Origin: a virus
Virus record (IMG/VR): IMGVR_UViG_3300047547_000167
Coordinates: 28,928-92,927 of that record
DNA: 64,000 nucleotides
Strand: one strand, 5' to 3'
Shown here in pieces: positions 18,569 to 27,828 of this stretch. Every line of letters begins with the position of its first letter. Position 1 is the stretch's first letter. The position numbers and the translations under genes are program-made. Under the pieces are notes generated by a model, which was not told the origin of the DNA, did no database searches, and saw only the letters and a list, made by a program, of their open reading frames with translations.

Positions 18569-18848
18569 CGGGGTTCTCGCGGAAGGCAAACGGCACGCCG
18601 TGGCGCCAGTGGAATGCCGTCACGGCCTGCAGAGCGAGGATCGCAAACAGCATGAAGATCGAGTCAGGTGTCGCCCGCCAATCCGGGACGACGAGGGGGG
18701 CGAAAAGCGAAAAGACCACCGCCGCCGTGAGCAAGTAGAAGGCCAGGAGAATCGGCAGCTTGGTGCTGCCGTCCGTCTTCACCGCCCTGCAAAACTGGGA
18801 GTAAAGCAGGGCCAATGACAGGGCGATGTGGAGGTCTGTGAGGCTCAT
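18534..18848 (-). CDS. membrane protein, putative holin/antiholin
   Basis: three hydrophobic segments; within the lysis cassette; ATG at 18848. Confidence 0.65.
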   Translation of the reverse strand: MSLTDLHIALSLALLYSQFCRAVKTDGSTKLPILLAFYLLTAAVVFSLFAPLVVPDWRATPDSIFMLFAILALQAVTAFHWRHGVPFAFRENPDDDFQDSRPVD

Positions 18849-19231
18849 TTCTGGTCCCCGGAAGATGCGCCGCCAATACCGCGAGCCAGTGCGGCCAGCC
18901 CTTGCTTCAGCGCGTTGAGCACCGTCGTCCAACCGTTGCCCATCGCTCCAATCGCAAACGCCACCACGGCCATGCCGTGGATCGCCGGGAAGCCGTAACT
19001 GGTCTCAAGGTGCCAGGCGGTCGGGATGGTCAGGATCAGTGCGGCAGTGATGATCCTGAAAAGGAAAAAGGCACCGCCAATCTTGGTGGTGCCGTGCATC
19101 GTTGACAGAGGCCACATCGCGCCCAGCAGGGAGCCCATGACGATGACCGCGTAGGGGCCAGCAAGGGGCCCGAGAAAGGCGGTCAGCAAGACAATGAGCG
19201 TGACGCCGCTGGTGGAAGTTGGTTCTGCCAT
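18845..19231 (-). CDS. putative holin
   Basis: MAEPTSTSG start, 3-4 TM segments, first gene of the lysis cassette. Confidence 0.72.
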   Translation of the reverse strand: MAEPTSTSGVTLIVLLTAFLGPLAGPYAVIVMGSLLGAMWPLSTMHGTTKIGGAFFLFRIITAALILTIPTAWHLETSYGFPAIHGMAVVAFAIGAMGNGWTTVLNALKQGLAALARGIGGASSGDQK

Positions 19232-19261
19232 TTTTCGGATCGTTTGGGTGTGACTGGGCAG

Positions 19262-19277
19262 ATTCTGGCGTCACGAC
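19262..19277 (-). promoter_or_regulatory. putative late promoter motif
   Basis: GTCGTGACGCCAGAAT upstream of the lysis cassette. Confidence 0.75.
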
Positions 19278-19286
19278 GACCGGGTG

Positions 19287-19846
19287 TCAGGCCGAGATTT
19301 CGCGCACGGTCAGCGTGGACGCGATGAGGCCGCCGAGGTTGATGTCCTGGTGGGTCTTGTTGAGAGTCATGGCCCCAGTGTTGTGCCCACCCGGACGTTG
19401 AACGTGGTGGCCGCAGTGGAGCCAGCCACAACCCGGTAGCGGATCAACGCAGAGCCGCTGGTGAGGTGGTTCCCGCCGCCGTTCATGCCACCCACGAAGC
19501 TGGCCGCCACGGCGTCAGCCCCAGAGTCGCGGAACAGCGCGGCCAGGATAGAGTCGCCCACGTTGGTCAGCTCAGAGCCGTGCACCACGGCCTCAACATC
19601 CAGCAGACTGCCGGCAGAGGTTGGAGTGATGGTCGCCGTCAGCACCTGGGTGCCTTCGGTGTTTTGCGGGATGGTCGAATCGGCGGGTATCGTGGCCGAG
19701 ATCACGGTGTTGTCGGTATTCGACTGGAACACCGACTGCACCACCTGACCGCTGCGCGCCACGAATGGCGCAGCCCCAACGCTCAGCAGCTGGGAGAGGT
19801 AGTTTTGCAGGCCGGAGAGCTGGGCAATTTTGACGGCAAGGCTCAT
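19287..19846 (-). pseudogene. fibre-tip-like protein with an apparent 1-nt frameshift near 19380
   Basis: ORF stops at 19367, but a plausible C-terminus (MTLNKTHQDINLGGLIASTLTVREISA) continues in another frame to 19287. Confidence 0.55.
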
Positions 19847-19882
19847 AAAACTCCAATGAAGCGGTCAGACACCGCGCAAAAA

Positions 19883-20512
19883 TCAGTACAGCCAGCGACG
19901 GAAGCGCAGCTTGTCCGTTGTCGCGGCTCCGACGGTCAAAACAACCGACACGCCGCTGCTCGCCGTGAAATCGTCGCCTTCGCCGAAAAGCATGGAGCCA
20001 TTCAGGTACACGTCAATTTTGCCAACGGTGTACCCACCGGTGATCGTGAACAGCGTCTGCCCCTCAGTGCTTGGCACCACGATCTCATCGGAGAACAGGG
20101 CGCCGACCGCAGCCTTGGCGCGGGCGTTCGTGAAGTAGAGGTTTGTCGAGCCTTCGGTGACTTCATCCGTGGAGCCGGGCGAGCCGACGATCTCCACGTA
20201 GGCCGAACCCCCCCAGCGATACTGGGCGTTGTCGTTCAACGTGATGTAAACCTTGCCGGACTCACCTGTCCCGGGCAGCGAGGCAAAGTCGGCGACCTCA
20301 ATCACATCGTCCACAAACGAGGGTAACTGGGCCGAAGGCACCTTGCCGCCCACCAGGTCGGCCTTGATCGCCAGCGTCTGGTCTTGAGCGTTGAGGGCCG
20401 AGTCCACGCTGGTCAGGGCCTCGCGCAGCCGCGCCACGTCATCCTTCAGGACGTTGCTCTGGTTGGGCAGCGCCAGGTTGTAGTGCGGGGTTCGGTCATT
20501 GATGATGGGCAT
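19883..20512 (-). CDS. tail fibre-associated structural protein
   Basis: DRTPHYNLALP..N.LKDDV.RLR, KADLVGGKVPSAQLPSFVDDV, TDEVTEGSTNLYFT. Confidence 0.7.
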   Translation of the reverse strand: MPIINDRTPHYNLALPNQSNVLKDDVARLREALTSVDSALNAQDQTLAIKADLVGGKVPSAQLPSFVDDVIEVADFASLPGTGESGKVYITLNDNAQYRWGGSAYVEIVGSPGSTDEVTEGSTNLYFTNARAKAAVGALFSDEIVVPSTEGQTLFTITGGYTVGKIDVYLNGSMLFGEGDDFTASSGVSVVLTVGAATTDKLRFRRWLY

Positions 20513-20525
20513 TCAGGGCTCCGGG

Positions 20526-23500
20526 TTACAGGACAAACACCCGCAGGTCGCGCACAACAGGCCGGAAGGCCGTGCCGCCGGACAGCACCAGCTTGATCTG
20601 CACCGCTGTCTCGTTGATGCCGGTGGCCGAGTGAACAAACTCCACGAAGCCGTCGTCCACGTTGCGGGTGGTGGGGCTGGTGATTTCGGCCCACACGTCG
20701 CCGCCGTCGATGCCCTTCCAGTAAGCCTGGACGGTGGCACCGCTCGGGATGATGGCCTCGTAGATGATCTTCACGGCAACGCTGGCCCCGCCAGGGATGG
20801 CGCGGGTCACGTAGTCGCCGGTGGCCGCGACCTGGCCGGCCACAAGCTGGGTGCCGGGGTGCAGCACAGCCGACCAATCGGCGGTGCCGTTGATCTTCGC
20901 GGACACGGCCACTGTACCCGTGACTGCAGATGGCAACCGGATCGACTGACCATCCGATGCCGACACGGTGGACGCATCGGGCAGGGTCAACAGGTACTCC
21001 ACGCCGGTGGCGCTGGCTGGCGTCTCTGCGTAGGACATGAGCAACAGGTCGGTCGCCGCCGTGACGTTTGCGGAGCCCAGCGCCACAGTGCGGGTGGTCT
21101 GGGTGAAGGCCGCCGAGAGCAGGCGAAACGCCATGTCGCGGTCTTGGTGCGGCGTCCAAGTGCTGGCGTTGCTGGACGACAGCAGCACACCCACGGTGTA
21201 CGGCTGGCTGGTGATCCAGCGCTGCGCGTTGCTGTCGAACTTGCCCAGCTCAGCCACGGACAAGGCACCCACATCGTCGTCGCACAGCACCACCAGGGCG
21301 TATTCGACGCCGCCCAGCAGCGTGACAGGAGATGGGAACACCACCCGCGTGTGGCTTCCGTTGGTGACGATGGAGCCACTCGGAATCACCACGTTGGCGA
21401 TCACGGTCTGGTTAGGCAGCCCTGTATCGGTGGCCCGCACCTGGAGCCGCACGGGCGTGGTTGGCGCAGCCGTGAACCAGAGGTCCACCGCCGTCGCCTG
21501 GGTGCCGGACACGAGGGTGAAGGTTTGAGCCAGGGGGTCGCTGCCGCCGCCTTCAAACACCACAGCGGGAGCCGGGGGTGGCGGCGACTGCCAGCGGCGC
21601 TCGTTGATCGTCGTCTGGCTCTGCCAAGTCTGACGTTCCAGCGTGCCCTGGCCTGAATACACCGCGCTTCCCGAGCTTCCACCGGCACCCGTGAAGACAA
21701 CCGACTTGCTGCCCGACGGCACGCCGCTGGGCACCGTGAATGTGCCAGTGACCACGCCGCCGCCGTTGGCCACAGCGCCGCCAGTGGGCAGGCTCAAGCC
21801 GTCAAACGTCAGCGACTGGAGCACCTCGCCGCCGCCGAAGCCAGACACGCTGTACGACACCGTCGTCTGGCGCAGCGTCTCCACCGCGCTGAAAGACGTG
21901 TTAATCAGGGCGGTACGCGTGCTGGACGACGTGTCGGACTGATCTCCCCAGCCGAAAGTGAAGCGCTGCGTCAGAGGCCCAGCCCAGTCGGACTGAACCA
22001 CCGTCCAGCGGTCAACCGATGGCGTCAGCGTGACCTGCGCGGGCACCGGGGCAAACGACAGATACGGGTTGATCTTCATGGAGCCCGTTCGCAGGGACTG
22101 CTCCAAGGTGATCACGTCGGTGTATGTCAGCGTCGTGGGCGTCGCCACATCGGCGGACATCTGCAACACCACGCCAGTGATGGGCAGCATGAGCAATCCG
22201 CTAACAATCGCGGCAGACTGCACAGTCCCGGCGTCGCGCTGGCTGTCATCTAGGAACGGGTCAACGAACAGCCCTTTCTTCGTGCCACCCTCGCGGGTGT
22301 GGATGCTCGACTCCAGGCGCTGCTGTGCGATCAGCTGGGCCAGCAGGTCCATGCGGCCATCAATCGCGGCCAGCGTGGGCATGGGCACCACGCGCACGCC
22401 GTCATTGATGACGCGGCGCGCAGAAGTCCAGGTCTGATAGACCGTGGAAATGGACAGCAGGTCGCCGGGAACAGTGGGGAATTGCGGATTGGCGTCCGAC
22501 GACACGCCGTGCAGCCACACAATCGCGCCGGACTGGTCCAGGCACAGCTTGTCGTAGCGTGGCAGCATCTGGCTGTAGGTCAGCAGGATCAGGGTGCCGG
22601 TGACGGCGCCGGTGACCGTGAGGCCCGTTTCATCGACCAGCGTGGGCGTCACCAGGGTGATGTAGCGGTAGGTGCACGAGTACGTGCTGCCGGGGGCGGG
22701 CTCTGCGCCAGGCGGCGTCCAGTCCACCTTGCCAGCGGTCAGGACGTAGTCCGTGCCCTGGGTGTAAATCGTGGCACCCTGGGACACCTCCATGATCTGG
22801 AGCACCGACGTGTCGGGGAGCTGGTCCTGAGCGCCGGTGAACACGCCGTGCGTGAGCGTCACCGTCTTCTCGGCTGTGATCGAAACGGCGGTAACAGCGG
22901 TGCCCGGCGCGCGGTCGAAGTTGACGCGCTGCGCAGCGGTGCCCGTGGATAGGTGCGGCTCGTTGGTGATCAGCTTCAGGTCCGGGTCGGAAGCCAGCGT
23001 CAGGCGTCGCCCGGTGGGGTGCTCCACACTGAAGCCGAACACGCGCGCCCGGCCCTCGGACAGCGAGTAAACCTGATTGCCACCGACATCGGGCAGCGCC
23101 TTCAAGTTGAAGCCAGACACCACATAAGCGCCGCCCGCGCTGTCACGGTCGTAGCGGGCCAGCGCCTGGTTCACGCCGTCCAGATTGGGCGGCGGCTCTT
23201 TGGACTGCGCGAAGCCGTTGGACACCTCGTAGACGGGGTAGAACTCCCCCGTGGTCACGCCGTCGCCCGACCAGCCCCAGGCGGCATCCACGCGCAGGCG
23301 CTCGGCACCCGGCGAGTTGTAGTTGCGCGTTCCAGTTGCAGGGTCACGCAGGTCTGGGTCTTGGAGCGATGTGACAACGCTCTCGGTCAGCCGGACGCCG
23401 ATGGCAATCGTGCCTGTGGTGGGCACGGTGAAGGCCGCCGGGGGCACGCCACGCACGGCCCCACGGATGTAGACGGCACCGGACGCGCACTGCACGGCAC

Positions 23501-23717
23501 CGGTGATCTCGTCCACCACAACACCGGCATCGCGGATGATGTCGCCGTCCTTGAAGATGGCATCGGCCAGCCCCTTGGTGCGGTACGCGGCCGTCTTCTG
23601 CACCTCGTTCAGCTCTGCGGACTGAAGGGCCCTGCCAGCAATGAACAGGTGCTCGTCGTAGTTGTCGGCCGGGTCAAACCGGCTGTAATACTGGCTCGGC
23701 ATCGTGGCCATAGTCAT
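20526..23717 (-). CDS. large baseplate/tail protein (DUF4815-like)
   Basis: YYSRFD...LFIAGRALQSAELNEVQ, KGLFVDPF, DPLAQTF. Confidence 0.8.
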   Translation of the reverse strand: MTMATMPSQYYSRFDPADNYDEHLFIAGRALQSAELNEVQKTAAYRTKGLADAIFKDGDIIRDAGVVVDEITGAVQCASGAVYIRGAVRGVPPAAFTVPTTGTIAIGVRLTESVVTSLQDPDLRDPATGTRNYNSPGAERLRVDAAWGWSGDGVTTGEFYPVYEVSNGFAQSKEPPPNLDGVNQALARYDRDSAGGAYVVSGFNLKALPDVGGNQVYSLSEGRARVFGFSVEHPTGRRLTLASDPDLKLITNEPHLSTGTAAQRVNFDRAPGTAVTAVSITAEKTVTLTHGVFTGAQDQLPDTSVLQIMEVSQGATIYTQGTDYVLTAGKVDWTPPGAEPAPGSTYSCTYRYITLVTPTLVDETGLTVTGAVTGTLILLTYSQMLPRYDKLCLDQSGAIVWLHGVSSDANPQFPTVPGDLLSISTVYQTWTSARRVINDGVRVVPMPTLAAIDGRMDLLAQLIAQQRLESSIHTREGGTKKGLFVDPFLDDSQRDAGTVQSAAIVSGLLMLPITGVVLQMSADVATPTTLTYTDVITLEQSLRTGSMKINPYLSFAPVPAQVTLTPSVDRWTVVQSDWAGPLTQRFTFGWGDQSDTSSSTRTALINTSFSAVETLRQTTVSYSVSGFGGGEVLQSLTFDGLSLPTGGAVANGGGVVTGTFTVPSGVPSGSKSVVFTGAGGSSGSAVYSGQGTLERQTWQSQTTINERRWQSPPPPAPAVVFEGGGSDPLAQTFTLVSGTQATAVDLWFTAAPTTPVRLQVRATDTGLPNQTVIANVVIPSGSIVTNGSHTRVVFPSPVTLLGGVEYALVVLCDDDVGALSVAELGKFDSNAQRWITSQPYTVGVLLSSSNASTWTPHQDRDMAFRLLSAAFTQTTRTVALGSANVTAATDLLLMSYAETPASATGVEYLLTLPDASTVSASDGQSIRLPSAVTGTVAVSAKINGTADWSAVLHPGTQLVAGQVAATGDYVTRAIPGGASVAVKIIYEAIIPSGATVQAYWKGIDGGDVWAEITSPTTRNVDDGFVEFVHSATGINETAVQIKLVLSGGTAFRPVVRDLRVFVL

Positions 23718-23719
23718 CC

Positions 23720-24202
23720 TCAGAAAGTGATCACAACTTCAAAGCTCTCGCGGATGGCCGGTGAGCGGTAGATGGGCCCGATGTTCTCCAGGGACAGCAT
23801 GCGGCCGGGGCTGGAAACCTGGGCGGGGGTGAAATACTCCTGCCCAGGTGGCAGGCCACCCACCGTGACGGTGCCCACGAAAACCGCGATTTCACGGATG
23901 ACCTCGGACAGGCCGTCCTCGAAGTCGAAGGCTGTGCGGATGTAGAGGTGGTTGGTAGGTGTCACCGACCGGCTGAATGTTGCGTCGTTTGGCAGCACAA
24001 TGTTGCCGCCAGCGTCAGGCACCACGAAGGCAACCTCGGTAGCGGTCCGACGCCCGATCTCAGCCTGCAGGGCTGTTGCAACCAGGGATTCGGCGGGTGG
24101 TGTGACCCACGCGCCATCGCCGCTACCCCAAGCCAGGTGTATGGCGCGCAGGGCGATGGACTCGGCGATAGATACGCGGCCAGCGTCAACAAGGATAGAC
24201 AT
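23720..24202 (-). CDS. baseplate/fibre-attachment protein
   Basis: HLAWGSGD..W...L..EIGRR, IREIAVF. Confidence 0.7.
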   Translation of the reverse strand: MSILVDAGRVSIAESIALRAIHLAWGSGDGAWVTPPAESLVATALQAEIGRRTATEVAFVVPDAGGNIVLPNDATFSRSVTPTNHLYIRTAFDFEDGLSEVIREIAVFVGTVTVGGLPPGQEYFTPAQVSSPGRMLSLENIGPIYRSPAIRESFEVVITF

Positions 24203-24226
24203 CGGTGCTCCAAATTTCCTGGGGCC

Positions 24227-24242
24227 ATTGTCGCGTCACGAC
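24227..24242 (-). promoter_or_regulatory. putative late promoter motif
   Basis: GTCGTGACGCGACAAT. Confidence 0.75.
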
Positions 24243-24273
24243 GAGCCGCGTCGGTCTGAGATCACGCGGCCGA

Positions 24274-24561
24274 TTACACCAGCCCGGAGGCGTCCAGCAA
24301 TCCGGCGACCGCTAGGGTGGCCACAGCAGGCAAGGCCCAATCGAGGATGGCCTTTTGGTTCCAGGCCCTAGCCTGTCGAAGCGGCGCGAACGCGGGCATG
24401 CTGGACCGCTTGCCACCGTAGTAGTGCTCAATCAAACGGTACTCGGCCTGGGCGTATTCGCGCCCCACGAAGTACCAAGCCCCCGCAGCTGCTCCAACCC
24501 ACCATCCGAAGACTGGGGCTGTGCAGAGCTGGATAAAGATGGCGAGCGGGACGTGGTGCAT
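24274..24561 (-). CDS. small membrane protein
   Basis: hydrophobic; GREYAQAEYR...DW..P. Confidence 0.65.
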   Translation of the reverse strand: MHHVPLAIFIQLCTAPVFGWWVGAAAGAWYFVGREYAQAEYRLIEHYYGGKRSSMPAFAPLRQARAWNQKAILDWALPAVATLAVAGLLDASGLV

Positions 24562-24783
24562 TTACTCACCGTTTTGCTGATGTGTTTTTGGACAGATCAC
24601 ATCTTGATTTGTCATGACCCGCGCCTTAGCAGTCTCCGCATGCGGAGACTGGCTAGATTTGCCAATCTCTGAGTTGATGTGGGCAAACAATGGCGCTGCA
24701 AGGTGATAAGGCAGTTGCTGCAACGCCTTATCAATGATTGCGAGTTGGTCCTGCGTGAATGTAATGTTCATTTCTTTCCTCAT
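24562..24783 (-). CDS. hypothetical protein (fibre-associated)
   Basis: LAIIDKALQQLPYHLAAPL; AT-rich. Confidence 0.6.
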   Translation of the reverse strand: MRKEMNITFTQDQLAIIDKALQQLPYHLAAPLFAHINSEIGKSSQSPHAETAKARVMTNQDVICPKTHQQNGE

Positions 24784-24820
24784 GCGTTGTAAATTGATAC
24801 TTTGATAGTGTACTATTAAT

Positions 24821-24846
24821 TTTTAGTGTTGCATCACGACGAGGTT
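24821..24846. repeat. 26-bp direct repeat, copy 1 (contains the late motif at 24825-24840)
   Basis: TTTTAGTGTTGCATCACGACGAGGTT, identical to 26259-26284. Confidence 0.9.
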
Positions 24847-26236
24847 AGCCGGTTGTGCCGTTGTTGATGAGGCCCATGTCTGCGAGCGCGGCAAGCAGGT
24901 CAGACAGCGCAGCGTTACCACCTCGTGACCCCGTGATTGTAGGCTTGGAAACGGGAGTCGCGCCGAAAAAGCCGATGCCAGTGGTATTGATCCGAATTTG
25001 TTGAGCTGTGCTCCCGGCGGACAGAACAACGCCACCCCCACCCTTGCCTCGCAGAACAAGGTCAATGTCGGTATCTGCGCCATCAGCAATCAAGTGTGGG
25101 TTGCCCCCAACCCCGAATGCAATTGCCCGGATGTGGTTTACAGGCGACCCAAAGCTAGCGTCTTCGACGCGAAGCGTAAGCCCGCCATTTGAGATAAGCT
25201 GGGTCTCATGGTTAGCGAAAACGATCTGCTGATGGGCGTTGGCTGCGTTTACATCCGAGCGGATTGCTGCGCCCAGGTAAGCCCCAGTTTTCCACTGGAT
25301 GACATGGCCCTTCGCCATCTCCATGGCAATGCCTAATCCAGTGATGCCATCAGTCCCGGCAATCGCATTGGCGCCAAATACGATGCCCTTTGCATATCTA
25401 TTGCCAGCTGCCGCAGACTCAGAGTTGATGATGCCGATGCAGCAAGAAACGTTTTGCAGCAGCGCGCCCTGGCCGTTCGCCTGCAAGCCCTGGGCGGTTT
25501 CTCCACCAACCCCAAACCAAGCCGTTGCAGTTGTGCCATTAGCCCCGGTCAAGTACGGGTTGACCTCGACCGCCGGCTGCAAGCTGCACACATCCAGCTC
25601 AATCGCCGTTGTAAAAAAGTTCGACTGCTCGTGGGCGGCGTGTCCGTAGATCGCCCAGGCCGACTTTGCTAAAGCTGGATTCGTGTTGTCATTCTTCGCG
25701 AAGAATGCCCCGCCTATGGTGTTGAGCTCCTCGGGCAGTCCATCCGATGTGCGAGAGGCCCCGGCAATACCGATTCCGCCGATTGACGAAAATGAGGCAA
25801 AACTGCCACGCGTCTCAAAGTACGTCATGTACCCATTGGCCGAGTACCCAACCCACGATTTTTGAGAGCCTCCAGCCTTTGTTCCAGCCCCCTCCGTGGC
25901 AGCGTCGTCAACAAACACGCGGCGCCCCATGCGGAAAAGACGCCCAGGCGTTGGGTCATCATCCCAAAACCCGGCGGGTGCGGATGCGGTCGCCGCAACA
26001 CGGGCGGCCTCGGGCGTGCTGTAGTCCTGCGTTGCGATAACGCTCCGCATCTTGCCCTGAGCACTCGTAGGAACAGCGCCCGCACCTGCCGGGAGGTAGC
26101 CAGGATACGTTCCCAACACCCAATCAGCCAACGCCGACAGCGGCGAGCGCCGCGTCACCACGTTCTGCACCAGGGGGACGATCTCAGCCCCGGTAAGCGG
26201 GAGCGCGGGGTCGAGTTCGGTGATTTTCTTGGTCAT
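24845..26236 (-). CDS. tail fibre/spike protein (paralogue 1)
   Basis: KITELDPA N-terminus, LADWVLGTYPGY, DTDIDLVLRGKG; Gly-rich. Confidence 0.75.
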   Translation of the reverse strand: MTKKITELDPALPLTGAEIVPLVQNVVTRRSPLSALADWVLGTYPGYLPAGAGAVPTSAQGKMRSVIATQDYSTPEAARVAATASAPAGFWDDDPTPGRLFRMGRRVFVDDAATEGAGTKAGGSQKSWVGYSANGYMTYFETRGSFASFSSIGGIGIAGASRTSDGLPEELNTIGGAFFAKNDNTNPALAKSAWAIYGHAAHEQSNFFTTAIELDVCSLQPAVEVNPYLTGANGTTATAWFGVGGETAQGLQANGQGALLQNVSCCIGIINSESAAAGNRYAKGIVFGANAIAGTDGITGLGIAMEMAKGHVIQWKTGAYLGAAIRSDVNAANAHQQIVFANHETQLISNGGLTLRVEDASFGSPVNHIRAIAFGVGGNPHLIADGADTDIDLVLRGKGGGGVVLSAGSTAQQIRINTTGIGFFGATPVSKPTITGSRGGNAALSDLLAALADMGLINNGTTG

Positions 26237-26262
26237 GGTTTTATTTTCTTGGTCATGGTTTT
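26223..26262. repeat. perfect 20-bp tandem duplication over the start codon
   Basis: ATTTTCTTGGTCATGGTTTT x2. Confidence 0.9.
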
Positions 26263-26284
26263 AGTGTTGCATCACGACGAGGTT
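26259..26284. repeat. 26-bp direct repeat, copy 2 (contains the late motif at 26263-26278)
   Basis: identical to 24821-24846; minus strand GTCGTGATGCAACACT. Confidence 0.9.
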
Positions 26285-26378
26285 GGGTGACACGCCGCTG
26301 CGCTGATTCACCACGCTGAAGACGTGGATGTCGCCAACTTGAACCAACGCAATACAGCGAGACGCCCTATCACACACG

Positions 26379-27797
26379 TCAATCAATGATTGCCAGTTTT
26401 CTCTGATTACCAAGAGAATCTTTTATGACAATGAACCCGGTAATTAAAGAATCCACCGTGGCCGCATGAATACCAAAACGCACCAACCCGCTACCTTTAC
26501 CCAGCAAAGTGAGGTCTATATTTGCATCCACACCCTGGGGTAGAATCACAGGCCCATTTCCGGGGCCGCCACCGTAGATGTTGATGCCGCATGTGCTGGC
26601 GCTGTCACTGGTCAGCGTAAACAGTGCGTTCTCGCCGCGCCTCAAAGACATTTCGGCAGTGTTTGCTAACATTCCCCACTTGATTGCGGATGTGTTGGCG
26701 CCAACAATTTCAAACGCTGTGTTGCCCGCCGCGTTGTACCATCGGATTGCGTGGGCACCACCGATGCCCTCACTTGACATAGCGATAGCTTCGCCGCTTG
26801 TCAGAGAGTTACGCATAAAAACGATGCCACTGTTCCAGGTGTTGAACGCGGAGCTTTCCCCCGCAAGCACGACCATCGCAGCGGTGGCCGGTGCGGTTGG
26901 CGATCCAGCAAAGCGCTCATCTCCACCAGCTGCATACCAAGAGCCGTACATGCCCACAACTTGCGCGTTTGGCGTCAGGACTGCGTTGTTGCCTTTGTTC
27001 TTGGCTCCGATCTCAATGCCGTAGACTGATGCATCACTGATCTCCCGCTGCATCTCAAAAATAGAACCCCAGGCGTAAGAGCCTGGTCGATTTGCGATTA
27101 CGTTTACACCTAGGCCAATCGCTTCCTGGTTCGTGTCTGAAGTTCTAACTCCTGCGACGAACATGTACGGCACATCGTCATAATCCGGGGTGCTCGAAAC
27201 AACAACCTTGCCGTTTCGAGCCAAGTAGTGCGCAGATATGCCGGCGTCAGCAAACCAGCTCGTCCCCGCATTCGCGGTGTCTTCTCCAGACAACTTAGCT
27301 GCCGCATCCCCAATAAACACCCGGTCGGCAAATCGCCAGATGTTCTGCCCATCCGCCCAATTCGGCCTTCCGCCTCGCAAAATACTCAATTTTCCAGAAT
27401 CGGTTAAAGCCTCCCAGCGAGCGGCGGGATCGAGAAAAAATGCCACTTTTTTTGGGGTAATTGGCGCGGCAAATTTATAGCTGGACACCGGGCGCCCAAC
27501 AAAAGTGTAAATGCCGTTTTCTGCTGCAGCCAAAAACGCATCCGAGTCATCCCCGCTACCGCTACCTGATCCGCCATAGTCTTTGACGCTGCTGGCCATT
27601 TCGCGCAGCTTTTCCTGCAGGCTTCTGCGAACGCCGCCCAAACCCAACGGGATGTAACCAGGGTATGTACCAACCACCCAGTCAGCCAAGCCACCCAGCA
27701 AGGTCTTCTTGGTAGCGCCAGCGTTGACGACCGGCAGAGCGTCCGCCGAGGACAGCTCTGAAGCCTGAGTCATTTCCGAAATTTTGATGATTGACAT
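26379..27797 (-). CDS. tail fibre/spike protein (paralogue 2)
   Basis: KISEMTQA N-terminus, LADWVVGTYPGY, DANIDLTLLGKG; visibly lower GC. Confidence 0.75.
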   Translation of the reverse strand: MSIIKISEMTQASELSSADALPVVNAGATKKTLLGGLADWVVGTYPGYIPLGLGGVRRSLQEKLREMASSVKDYGGSGSGSGDDSDAFLAAAENGIYTFVGRPVSSYKFAAPITPKKVAFFLDPAARWEALTDSGKLSILRGGRPNWADGQNIWRFADRVFIGDAAAKLSGEDTANAGTSWFADAGISAHYLARNGKVVVSSTPDYDDVPYMFVAGVRTSDTNQEAIGLGVNVIANRPGSYAWGSIFEMQREISDASVYGIEIGAKNKGNNAVLTPNAQVVGMYGSWYAAGGDERFAGSPTAPATAAMVVLAGESSAFNTWNSGIVFMRNSLTSGEAIAMSSEGIGGAHAIRWYNAAGNTAFEIVGANTSAIKWGMLANTAEMSLRRGENALFTLTSDSASTCGINIYGGGPGNGPVILPQGVDANIDLTLLGKGSGLVRFGIHAATVDSLITGFIVIKDSLGNQRKLAIID

Positions 27798-27828
27798 TGC
27801 GTTACTCCATTTTTTTAACTGGCCGCGA

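Noticed and set aside
19287-27797. Diversity-generating retroelement or invertible fibre shufflon
   Set aside because: No reverse transcriptase, invertase, adenine-variable TR/VR pair or inverted crossover sites seen; the repeats are direct
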